Positions 39,685-50,400 of a stretch of 64,000 nucleotides of DNA are shown here, piece after piece. Below the pieces are notes generated by a model. It was not told the origin of the DNA. It did no database searches and was given only the letters and a program-made list of their open reading frames with translations. The translations under genes and the position numbers were made by a program. Each line of letters starts with the position of its first letter. Position 1 is the stretch's first letter. This DNA is from Mobula hypostoma (Eukaryota), in assembly GCF_963921235.1 (NCBI RefSeq), contig NC_086108.1, positions 6,820,001 to 6,884,000 of the forward strand, in the 5' to 3' direction.

Positions 39685-42530
39685 TCACGTGCCTGCTTGT
39701 GTTTACTCCACTCTTTAAGAAAGGAGGATGGTAGTAGAGAGGAAATTATAGACCAGTTAGCCTGACCTCAGTATTTGGGAAGATGTTGGAATCAGTTGTT
39801 AAGGATGAGGTGATGGAGTATTTGGTGACACGGGGCAAGGTAGTACAAAGTCAGCATGCTTTCCTTCAGGGGAAACCCTGCCTGACAAACCTGTTGGAAT
39901 TCTGTGAGGAGATTTCAGGTAGGACAGATAAAGGGAATGTAGTGGATGTTGTATATTTGGACTTTCAGAAGGCCTTTGACAAGATGCCGTACATGAGGCT
40001 GGTTACCAAGTTAAGAGCCCATGGTATTACAGTAAAGTTACTGGCATGGTTAGAGCATTGGCTGATTGATAGAGGGCAGCGAGTGGGAATTTTCTTGCTG
40101 GCTGCTGGTGATTAGTGGTGTTCCACAGGGGTCAGTGTTGCTGTATATTAATGATTTAGCTGATGGAATAGATGGCTTTGTTGCCGGGTTTGCAGATGAT
40201 GCAGAGATTGTGAAGGGGCAGTTAGTGTTGAGGAAACAGGTAGGTTGCAGAAGGACTTAGATTAGGAGAATGGGAAATGAAGTACAGTGTTGGAAAATAC
40301 ACGGTCATGCATTTTGGTAGTAGAAGTAAATGTGTAGACTTTTTTCTAAATGGGGAGAAAATCCAAATATCTGAAGTGCGAAGGGACTTGGGAGTCCTTG
40401 TGCAGAACACGCTAAAGGTTAACTTGCAGGTAGAGTTGGTGGTGAGGAAGGGAAATGCGATGTTAGCATTCATTTCAAGAGGTCTTGAATACAAGAGCAG
40501 GGATACGATGCTGAAACTATATAAAGCACTGGTGAGGCCTCACCTTGAGTATTGTGAACAGTTTTGGGCCCCTTAATCTAAGAAAAGATGTGCTGGCACT
40601 GGAGAGTGTTCAGAGGAGGTTCACAAGGATGATTTTGGGAAGGAAAGGGTTATCGTACAAGGAATGTTTGATAGCTCTGCATTGATACTCGCTGATATTT
40701 AGAAAGAAGAGGGGGGATCTCATTGAAATCTTTTGAAACCTTCCGAATGTTGTAAGGCCTAGACAGAGTAGATGTGGAAAGAATGTTTCTCTTGGTGGGG
40801 GAGTCTAGGACAAGAGGGCACAGCCTCAGAATAGAGAGGCATCCATTTAAAACAGAGATGTGGAGAAATTTCTTTAGCCAGAAGGTGGGGAACTTGTGGA
40901 ATTTATTACCACAGGCAGCTATGGAGGCCAGGTCATTGGGTGCATTTAAGGTTCTTGATTGGACACGGCATCAAAGTTTATGGGGGAAAGGGGCTGAGGA
41001 GGGGAAAAAAGGATCAATTATGATTGAATGGCAGGGCAGAAGGGCCAAATGGCCTAATTCTGCTCCTATGTCTTATGGTCTATCTATAGCCCTCATAATT
41101 TTGTAAACCTCTATCAAATCTTCTACATTCCAAGGAATATACTCCTAACCAATTCAATCTTTTCTTATAACTCAGGTCCTCCAGACCTGGCAACATTCTG
41201 GTAAATTTTCTCTGTACTCTTTCAACCTTATTTACATCTTTCCTGTAGGTAGGTGACCAAAACTGCACACAATACTCCAAATTAAGCCTTACCAACATCT
41301 TATACAATTTCAACAGAACATCCCATCTCCTGATTTATGCATTTGTAGGTGGAAGGCTTTGGGTATCAGCAACCAGGTCACTTTGCAATATTCAGTAGGA
41401 TGCCCAGTCTGCATTTTGTCCTGTTTCTGGTCACTATATGGTTTGTGACTGTGATTAAGTTCCTAGTAAATAGCAAACTCCAGTTTTCTTACACAAGAGA
41501 CAAAATATCCAAAACTGAATAGCTCTTTGTGGTAGTGCTTTTGCAAAAGTTGAAGTAACTGTTTCTGCTTGACATGCACCGTTTACTTGCTGCATTTTAT
41601 TGTCATCTGGGGATTTCTCAAATGAAAACCACTTAATACTACTTTTATACTTGGTGCACTAACTTTTTCCCCTAAACCCTCAAACTAAAAGTGATCCTTA
41701 CATAGCGAAAAATTTGCTGTGACAGTCAGTAAGTTGTGTGTTTAGATTCTTTTTATAGTGAAACGTTTCCAAAGTGACACATAAAAATAATTAAAATGAA
41801 CAATTGGCCATTGAGAGTTGGGTATAAATTTGACAAGGGTGGAAACGGGGTAGTTCTTTCTTATTTTTGCCAATTTTGTGCAAGGGACATGCCCGCTTGG
41901 AGTATTTCCCTTTCCCCTACAACCCCTCACTACCCACAGGCTCTAATGATGAGGCTTTGTAAATTGCTAGTGAGGCCTCAGCTGGAGTATGAGAGCAGTT
42001 TTTGGGCCCTTTATCTAAGAAGGGATGTGCTGACATTGGCGAGGGTTCAGAAGAAGGTTTACAAAAATGATCCTGGGATTGAAAGCTTTATCATAGGAGC
42101 GGTGTTTGATGGCTCTGGGCCTGTACTCACGGAAATTCAGAAGAATGTGGGTGGACCTTATTGAAACCTATCAAATGTTGAAACCCCTTGGTAAAGTGGA
42201 TGTGGAGAGAATGTTTCCTATGATGGAGGAATCTAAGACCAGAGGACACAGCCTCAGAATAGAAGGGATCGGGGACGTTCATTTAGAATGGAGATGAGGA
42301 ATTTCTTGAGCTTAAAAGTGGCGAATCTGTGGAATACGTTGCCACAGGCCAAGATATTGGGTATATTTAAGGCAGAACTTAGATTCATGATTAGTCAGGG
42401 CATGAAGGGATACAGGGAGAAGGCGGGAGATTGGGGCTGAGAGAAAAACGGATCTGCCATGATTAAATGGCAGAGCAGACTGGATGGGCCAAATGGCCTC
42501 ATTCTGCTCCTGTATCTTATGGTCTCATGA
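39685..42530. mobile_element. Cluster of CR1 RT/3' fragments: + about 39685-41080, - about 41080-41330, + about 41945-42530
   Basis: QHAFLQGKPCLTNLLEF, DVVYLDFQKAFDK, SGVPQGSV, FADD, LVRPHLEYCEQFWAP. Confidence 0.85.
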
Positions 42531-42724
42531 TCTTTCAGATGCTGACTTTTCTACATAACCTTTGATGCCCTTACTATTCAAGAAACTATTCAACTCTGCT
42601 TTAAATATACCCAATGACTTGACCTCCACAGCCTCTGTGGCCATGATTCCACAGATTCCACCGCCCTCTGGCTAAAGAGATGTTTGGAAGCAGCCAGTGA
42701 TATCTCTGTCCAGTTTGTAAGACT

Positions 42725-43255
42725 TAATATGAGGCCTCCGTCGGTCAGGGTTGACCATGGATGTTGCGTCCTAGCTGTCTAGATACACAAGCCAGGGCAA
42801 TGGAGAGGGAGCTGATGACCTTGTAGCAAGCTACCCCTCTCTAGGCATCTTATGAGCCCAAAAGAATGGCAGAGACTGATACCGTTTAGCGCCAGATGTG
42901 TCGCAGGAGTTGCCAGTCAGTGATGAATTCCAAGTAGGACTGCCAGCTCCAGATTTTTTTCTCTCTTGGGTTTACTCTTGAAGCCTTCCCCGGGCGTGGG
43001 TATAGCCACAAGGCAGTGGAGGTTTGAGATCAGAGCTTTCCTTCTAGATGAGCTGCCAACCGCGGCTGATAAGCCCCATCTGCCCAAAGCCAATAATCAT
43101 CCTTTGCAGCTTCTCCTGTCAGTAGAAGTGGTTCTGCCGGGCTTTGTAGTGAAGGCCAGGAACTGGAGTTGGTTGTCAGAGGCTATTTGAGATGCACACC
43201 ATTGGGTGTATTTAATAAGTACTGGGAGGTTATCCCCCGACTATAACAACCTTAA
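42725..43255 (-). mobile_element. Degenerate non-LTR-derived element (Ingi/Vingi-like, tentative)
   Basis: Reverse complement ggggcttatcagcc...ggcagctcatctagaaggaaagctctgat.tcaaacc resembles Vingi-type 5' sequence (from memory). Confidence 0.35.
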
Positions 43256-43759
43256 GGAACAACATGACATGGCTACCTTGCGCATTCACAAGGATCAAAT
43301 ACTTCAAGAAATTGTAATTGTGAAATGCTCAGGGGACTGTATGCAATTTGAGAAATTTCTGGAGATGAGACTGGGGATCATCTGATTTGATGCACTAATG
43401 CGTGAAGTGGCAAAATGAAGGTCACTAATTATGGCCAGCAATTCACCTGCAACAAATCCAAGCCAGTGGCCACATGACCGCTATTGGTGGACAGTTTTAG
43501 AACATGAGCCTGCAGTTATACGTTCTTCCCAGAAGTTGTATAAGATGTTCGTGAGGCCTAATTTGGAGTACTGTGTGCAGTTTTGGTCACCTACCTACAG
43601 CAAAGATGTAAATAAGATAGAAAGAGTACAGAGAAAATTTACAAGGATGTTGCTCTGTCTGGAGGACCTGAGTTGTAGGGAAGGATTGAAGAAGTTAGGA
43701 TTTTATAACTGGGAACGTAGAAGATTGAGGGGAGATTTGATAGAGGCATACAGAGTTAT

Positions 43760-44317
43760 ATGGGGTGTCAGGGAGGGGTAGCACCTCTGGTGGGGGAACA
43801 TGTCGTGTCCTTTTCAGGGCGGTTAGTCCACCTTTGGTCCCCACCTGGCACTCAGCTCTCACCTGTGGCTCCCCGTAGCTGTTTGCATGCGACAGCGGCC
43901 ACACCCCGGGCAACGGCTTCGACAAGCCGGCTAAACCAGGTGAGGGTAGCCGACGGGTCTCAAACCCTCGGCGAGATAGGGAGTTGTCTATCCCAGTATG
44001 TGAAGACAGACTCCGGCGGATTGAGCAGACGAAACCAATGGAAGGTCCAACGGTCAAGAAGGCGGTCTCTGCAAGCGTCGTGGAACGTGTAGAGCAGGAC
44101 AAGACACAGAAGACGTCCTGGTCATCCACTGCACCTAGTCCCATCTCCAGCTGTCTCGACTCTGTCTTGCCACTGGATCCAGATGGGAATTGGGAAGAGA
44201 GAGTGAGGCTGACGCTGCGCAACTCTCCCTCACTTAAATCCAAATCACGCGCTAGTCTCAACACCATCAATATGGTGTCGAGGTCCTCATCGACATCAAT
44301 GATGGACGAACAACAAC
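43760..44317 (+). mobile_element. Short non-autonomous non-LTR retroelement (probably RTE-derived) inserted into a CR1 fragment
   Basis: 10-bp TSD ACAGAGTTAT at 43750-43759 and 44318-44327; (CAA)n tail; CpG-rich; CR1 RT sequence resumes on both sides. Confidence 0.8.
43762..43946 (+). ncRNA. HDV-like self-cleaving ribozyme (predicted)
   Basis: P1 GGGGTGT/ACACCCC, P2 CTCTCACCTG/CAGGTGAGGG, P3 GGC/GCC, P1.1 CC/GG, P4 CGGCTT/AAGCCG, J4/2 GCTAA; G1 lies 2 nt inside the 5' TSD. Confidence 0.7.
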
Positions 44318-44866
44318 ACAGAGTTATGATGAGTTTAGGTAGGGTAAATGTAAGCAAGCTTTTTCCACTGATGTTCGGTGGGACTACAACTCGAGGTCAT
44401 GGGTTAAGGGTGAAAGGTGAAAAGTTAAAGGGGAACATGAGGGGAAACTTCTTCACTCAGAGGGTGGTGAGAGTGTGGAAGGAGCTGCCAGTGGAAGTGG
44501 TCTATGCGAACTTTATTTCAACATTTAGGAGAAGTTTGGATAAGTACATGGGTGGTAGGGGTTTGGAGGGCTATGGGCCCAGTGCAGGTCGATGGGAGAG
44601 TAGACAATTTAAGTGGCTTGGCATTGATTAAACAGGCCAAAGGGCCTGTTCCTGTGCTGTGGTCTTCAGTGTCTCTCTTTATTATACGTCTTGTATCAGA
44701 TTAGTCAAGCTATAGCAACAAGTCCTGAAGAAGTCTCTTTAGTCTTTTGTATCGTGTTTCTGTATGATTTTAAATATAATAATACCTATGCAAATAATTC
44801 TGCAAATATTAATATTCCACACCCATTAAGTTTCTGGAGAGTAATGTAATTTTTGTTTGCATAAAG

Positions 44867-45014
44867 GATATTAACAACGCCTGGCAAGGTCTGGAGCAGG
44901 CCGAAAAGGGTTACGAGGAGTGGCTACTGAATGAGATCAGGAGGCTGGAAAGACTTGATCATTTGGCAGAGAAATTCAGACAGAAAGCAACCATCCATGA
45001 AGATTGGACCAAAG
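44867..45014 (+). CDS. ACTN4: alpha-actinin-4 exon 11, 148 nt
   Basis: ataaag|GATATT...ACCAAAG|gtgatg; [49 protein letters not shown]. Confidence 0.95.
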
Positions 45015-45454
45015 GTGATGTTCCAACATATTTCAAAAGTAAATTTTATTATCAAAGTACATATATGTCAGCACATACAACCTTGAGGTTCATTTTCCTG
45101 TGGGCATACTCAGCAAATCTATGAAATAGTAACTATAACAGGATCAATGAAAGATCAACCAGTGCAGAAGACAACAAATTGTGCAAATGCAAATATAAAT
45201 AAATAGCAATAAATAATGAGAACATGAGATAAAGAGTCCTTAAAGTGAGATCATTGGTTGTGGGAACATATCAATGATGGGACAAGTGAGTGCAGTTATC
45301 CCCTTTTGTTCGAGAGCCTAATGGTTAAGGGGTATTAACTGTTCTTGAACCTGGTGGTGTGAGTCCTAAGGCTCTTGTACCTTCTACCTGATGGCAGAAG
45401 CGAGAAGAGAGCATGACCTGGGTGGTGGGGATCTCTGATGGTTGCTGCTTTCCT

Positions 45455-47438
45455 TTTTTTTTAATATAATTTTTATTGAGTTTTCAAAGTGATACATGAG
45501 AAAAAAATATCTACCCTCCCCCTCCCCGATATATACTCCTACCTAAAAAGAAAAGGAAAAAAAAGGAACTGCCTGAATATTGGAAGGTTTGCACATGCTC
45601 CATGGGATAAAAATAAATTTAGTATATATTTGTTACTTTCCCCCAAGGAACCAAGATCTTCATCATCGGAGCTATAAATAAGGGCTCCAAATATTCAAAA
45701 ATGTTACAAATTTATCTCTTAAAATCTAAAACATTACTTAGCTTCTCAACTCTGATAGTTCCCTGGGGAATCTCTTTGAACTTCACCATGTTGCTATGTG
45801 TTTCCCTCCCAACCATCCAGGCAAAAAGAAAAAAAAAGATAAGATACAAAAAAAGAAAAAACAAAATACCCCCCCCACTAATGTTGTGAATGAAAATTTA
45901 CACAACACTACCCCCCTCCATTGTGCGGGTCGTGGCTGTTGCCACGTTTGCACACATGAATAACGTAGCAATTGGTCAGTGTTTCTTCCAGCTCCCCCGT
46001 AACAAAAAATTATATATATATAGAAAAAAATTAATGTTATTATTCCCAGCTAATATTCCTCAAATTTTAACCTTTCTTCCCCTCCCTCATATAATTAATA
46101 ATATATTTATATATTCATCTGCCTAAAAATTCAACAGGCCTAATCCTTGATCCAGTCTTCATCTTCAATCCGTCTCGCTCTCCTAAGTTTGTTCTTGTAT
46201 CTGGTGAATATTCAAAGAATCTCGCACAAACTCCTCCGCTTTCCGGTAATCGTCAAAAAATCTTTTTTCTCCACCAGGCAAAAAAATCTTCAAGGTTGCA
46301 GGATAACGCAATATAATTTGATAACCGTGATCCCATAGGGCTTTTTTCACTGGATTAAACTTCTTCCTTCTTTTCAAAAGTTCATAACTTATGTCAGGGT
46401 AGAAAAAAATTTTCTTCCCTTCTATCATTAGTGGCCCTTTTCTCTTCTTGGCAGCTTGGGCAGCCGCCTGTAGAATCCTTTCTTTATCTTGAAATCTTAA
46501 GAATTTTATTAAAATTGATCGTGGATATTGGTCTTCTTGTAGTTTTGGTCTTAGAGCTCTATGTACCCGCTCAATTTCAATTGATCGGTCTTCCTCTTTC
46601 ATTTGCAAGGTTTTCGGGATCCATCTTTGAAAAAATTGTATTGGATTATCTCCCTCTGTACCTTCTTTAAGACCAACAATTTTAATGTTATTACGTCTAC
46701 TAAAATTTTCCAACACGTCCACTTTCTCCAAGAGTCGATTTCTTTCCGTGTTCCAGACAAGCACATTATTTTCTGTTTTTTCCACTCTATCGTTAATATG
46801 CTCCATTGTTCTTTCCATCTTCTGAAGTTTCTTATCCATTTTATCCTGTCTTTTCATAGCTTTATCATAGCACATCTTCACGTCTCTAAGCTCTGTTCTT
46901 AATTTTCTTAGTTCAGCCGTTAATTGCAATAAAGCCTCTCTTATGTCTCCGTCGTCTCCTTTACTTCCAGTCTCTTCCAGTTCTTCCTCCTCCTCTTCAT
47001 CTGTATTCCCTGCGATATCCAATTCTGACTCTGAGTCACTTTCAGTTGCAGTGGCCGTCGGTTCTTGTAGTTTAAATTGTGTCGATTTGCGCATGCGCCT
47101 TTCTGGCATCTTCTTCCGAGAGATCGCTACCGCCGCCATTGCTCCCCGTTCTTCTATGCCAGAGATAAAATGAGTCTCCTCTGAAGGAGATCCAACCTGA
47201 ATCCGAGGCTCCATCGCTGCAGTAGGCACTTTTTTCTTCCCATCTCGCGGCGACTTCACAACAACAGACTTCTTCTGTTGCGGTTTACGAGGCATATCGT
47301 AGAGTAGTCTTACGAAGTTTATAAATAGTTTTCGGAAACTATTTATTAACTTTACTTTGTTTAAATGGTACTTTGCTGATTTTTTACGGGAGAGCTGGAT
47401 TTACACGTCTCAATCCTACGTCATCACGTGACGCCCCC
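45455..47438 (-). mobile_element. Full-length non-autonomous L1 derivative (ORF1-only, half-L1/HAL1-like)
   Basis: 15-bp TSD GGTTGCTGCTTTCCT at 45440-45454 and 47439-47453; GGGGG 5' end; AATAAA plus poly(A) at the 3' end; intact ORF1; only a short ORF2-like C-terminal remnant. Confidence 0.88.
46183..47295 (-). CDS. L1 ORF1p-like RNA-binding protein (coiled coil, RRM, CTD), 370 aa, uninterrupted
   Basis: Coiled-coil-like segment, then ENFSRRNNIKIVGLKEG, IEIERVHR, PRSILIKFL, IFFYPDIS and LRYPATLKI, which are typical vertebrate L1 ORF1 motifs. Confidence 0.9.
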   Translation of the reverse strand: MPRKPQQKKSVVVKSPRDGKKKVPTAAMEPRIQVGSPSEETHFISGIEERGAMAAVAISRKKMPERRMRKSTQFKLQEPTATATESDSESELDIAGNTDEEEEEELEETGSKGDDGDIREALLQLTAELRKLRTELRDVKMCYDKAMKRQDKMDKKLQKMERTMEHINDRVEKTENNVLVWNTERNRLLEKVDVLENFSRRNNIKIVGLKEGTEGDNPIQFFQRWIPKTLQMKEEDRSIEIERVHRALRPKLQEDQYPRSILIKFLRFQDKERILQAAAQAAKKRKGPLMIEGKKIFFYPDISYELLKRRKKFNPVKKALWDHGYQIILRYPATLKIFLPGGEKRFFDDYRKAEEFVRDSLNIHQIQEQT

Positions 47439-50400
47439 GGTTGCTGCTTTCCTGTGACAGCTTTCATGCAGATATGCTCCATGGTTGTGAGGGTCTGGGC
47501 CAAGTCCACTACCCTTTTGTATAGCAGTCTGCAGGTTTAAAGTGATCACCTCATGCAGAGTTTGTACACAAGGTGTTAATCAAAAACTACTTGTCTACCA
47601 ACTGGAAAACTGTAAAATTGATGACTTTGTGGTTGCAAGCCAGCCCAATGGTGCATATTTTGCTAGGTCATCCTCAGTTAAAAACATAACTGACACTTGA
47701 AGCCCAAGTCTGTTTTTCTCTCAGTTAGATTTGCAATGGGGTCCATAATCAAATTGTCCAGTGGTTCTCTACTGGAAACAATCTCAGCTACCAAACAGTA
47801 AACACTGTAATTAACGATGTGACAGTTTCTGATGTTGAGTGAGACCACCTGTACACAGGGAATGGGAACAACTGATCTGTGATCCTCAGTGTAAACTTAA
47901 AATTTCCATGGTAACAATGGGGAAAATGACACTGAATCAGAACCAGGTTTAATATCACCGGCATATGTTGTGAAATTTGTTGTCTTTGTGGCAGCAGTAC
48001 AATGCAATACATAATAATAGAGGAAAAAATGAATTTCAGTATGAATAAATATTAAATAGTTAAATAAGTAGTGGAAAAAAAGTAGTATGGTCGTGTTCGT
48101 GAGTTCAATGTTCATTCAGAAATTGGATGGCAGAGGGGAAGGAGCTGTTCCTGAATCGTTGAGTTTGTGTCTTCAGGCTCCTGTCCTCCTCCCTGATGGT
48201 AGCAATGAGTACAAAGCATGTCCTGGGTGATGGGGGTCCTTAATGATGGATGCTGTCTCTTTGAGGGAACGCTCCTTGAAGAAGTCTTGCATACTACAGG
48301 GGCTAATGCCTACAATGGAACTGACTTGAGTTTACAACTTCCGGTAGCTTCGTTTAGTCCTGTGCATTAGGCCCCCCTCCCCCCCATACTGGACCATGAT
48401 GCATCTTGTCAGAATACTACCACGGTACATCAGTAGAAATTATCAAGTTATTTTGCTGACGTATCAAATCTCCTCAAACTCCTAATGAAATATAGCCACT
48501 GTCTAGTGCTTTATCTGATATTACAAGTAAATGAATAGTTTCCACAAGAATTGATCTGGAAATCAATTGCTTCATGTTTTGGGAATTATCCCATTGTTTG
48601 ATTAGAAAGCGATGGTATACTGTTGAGCAGATTAATGTATTTTTTTTGTATATATTTATCACACTAGCTATTCTAATATGTCAGGATTCTTGTCTCTTAA
48701 ATGACGGTTTTGCAGTTTCATGCAGGTTGCAATTAGCATTTTGCATTCCTATAAACCTAGTAATTTTCAGAAGGTAAGATTTTAATGCTACAAATATCAA
48801 CTCAGCTACATCAATTTCTTTAACTTCCAGCAATTTTCTATTTTTTCCATTCCCCATTCCGGTTCCGTTCTATCTCTTCTCTCCTGAGCATTACCTCTGT
48901 CTGGTTCCACTTCACATTTCCTTCTCCCATGGTCCACTGTCATCTCCTATTAGATTCCTTCTCCTTCAGCCCTTTACCTATTCCACCTATCATCTCCTAG
49001 CAGCTTCTTACTTCACCACCCCACCCCCACCAACCTGGTCTCACCTATCACCTGCCAGCTTGTACTCTTTTTTGCCCCCCCCCCACCACCCCTGTCTCAT
49101 TCTGTCTTCTGCCCCCAACCTTTCCAGTCATGATGAAGGATCTTGGCCTGTTTATTCCTTTCCATAGATGCTGCCTGTTCTCTGAGTTCCTCTAGCCTTT
49201 TGTGTGGTTTACTTAAGATTTTTGGTTTTGGTAAAATGCAAAAAAAAATCTAGATGTTGGAAATCTGAAATAGGGAGTTCAGTAAGTCTGGCAGCACCGT
49301 GGAAGAGAAGCAGTTAATGACCCTCTGAGGACTGGGAAAGGAAACAAGTTGTCTGAAGGGTGGGTGATGTTCAGTAGACTAAAGGCAAGGTCTGGGTTAT
49401 GATGAGGATAAGTTGCAGACAAGGCCATCCATTTCCAGTTTAATTGCCATTCAGCTCAACAGTTTGTGTGCAGTCTGTTGTTGAAGTCGTCAATCCCTAG
49501 TGCATTTATTTTACAATCTTTGAACTCACCACTGGATTCTCTGACATACCCAGTCTCCTCCATTATTTGCATGTCCCTGAGCATTTGCTTCCAGCTTCTG
49601 TCCCACCGAGGATGACGAGTCCTTAATTACCTCAGCAAAATTAACCTCCCATTGAAGATTCACCTTCCGCTTCCCTACTTGTAGCAGCTTCCAGAAATAT
49701 TTTTACTTCAACCAATTTCTTGATATAATTGCTGTGACGTAAATCAGGCCCGAAGGTGAAAGAACTCTTCACTGAGCTGAACAAAACCTCATGACTTCGA
49801 GGGATTCGGGCTAGCTAATAGCTTGCTTCCCGTTCTTGCTCTGGTTTCATTTCAGACCTAAAGACTTGCTGATGAGTTGGTTAATTGGCCACTCTGGATT
49901 GTTCCAAGTGTGTGTGGTGGAGAGGGTTTTGACAATGGGGAAAAGTGGCAAAATTAGGTCACAGGGCCATATTTTTGGGTGGGGCGGGCGTATGAAATTG
50001 CTCTGAGAATTCACATTGATTGGATGGGTCAGATGGCAAACTATGTTGTTGGTAAATACAGACTGTCAGTGGTGAGGAAATCAGCTCTTGCCAGTTTGGC
50101 CATATCCAGAAATATTAGTACAGAGTTCAAAGTAAATTTTATTAACAAATTACATATATGTCACCATATACAACCCTGAGATTAATTTTCCTGCGGACAT
50201 GCTCAGCAAATCTATAGAACAGTAGCTATAACAGGATCACTGAAAGATCAACTGGAATGTGGAAGACAAGAAACTGTGCAAATGCAAATGTAAGTTGCAA
50301 TAAATAATGTGAATGTGAGATGATGAGATGGGGTATAAGTAGGAGTATTAACTTGAATTTTATTTCCTGTTACAAGATTACACACTCTAAATGATATCCA

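Larger units (their letters stand above)
43530..44665 (+). mobile_element. CR1 3' fragment (host of the 43760-44317 insertion)
   Basis: VRPNLEYCVQFWSP...RRLRGDLIEAYRV, then resumes with RVNVSKLFP...RGNFFTQRVVRVWKELP. Confidence 0.85.
45035..47520 (-). mobile_element. L2-type LINE 3' end, split by the L1 derivative
   Basis: Colinear with copies at 38340-38740, 56920-57375 and 59200-59830; the uninterrupted copies read gctgctttcct across the insertion site. Confidence 0.75.

Noticed and set aside
42725..43255. Second HDV-like ribozyme on the - strand
   Set aside because: I could not assemble P1-P4 by eye; the copy is too degenerate.
43695..44631. Long ORFs of 220 aa (-) and 215 aa (+)
   Set aside because: They cross the TSD junctions between the GC-rich insertion and CR1, so they are chimeric chance frames. 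Only the C-terminal part of the + ORF is CR1 ORF2.
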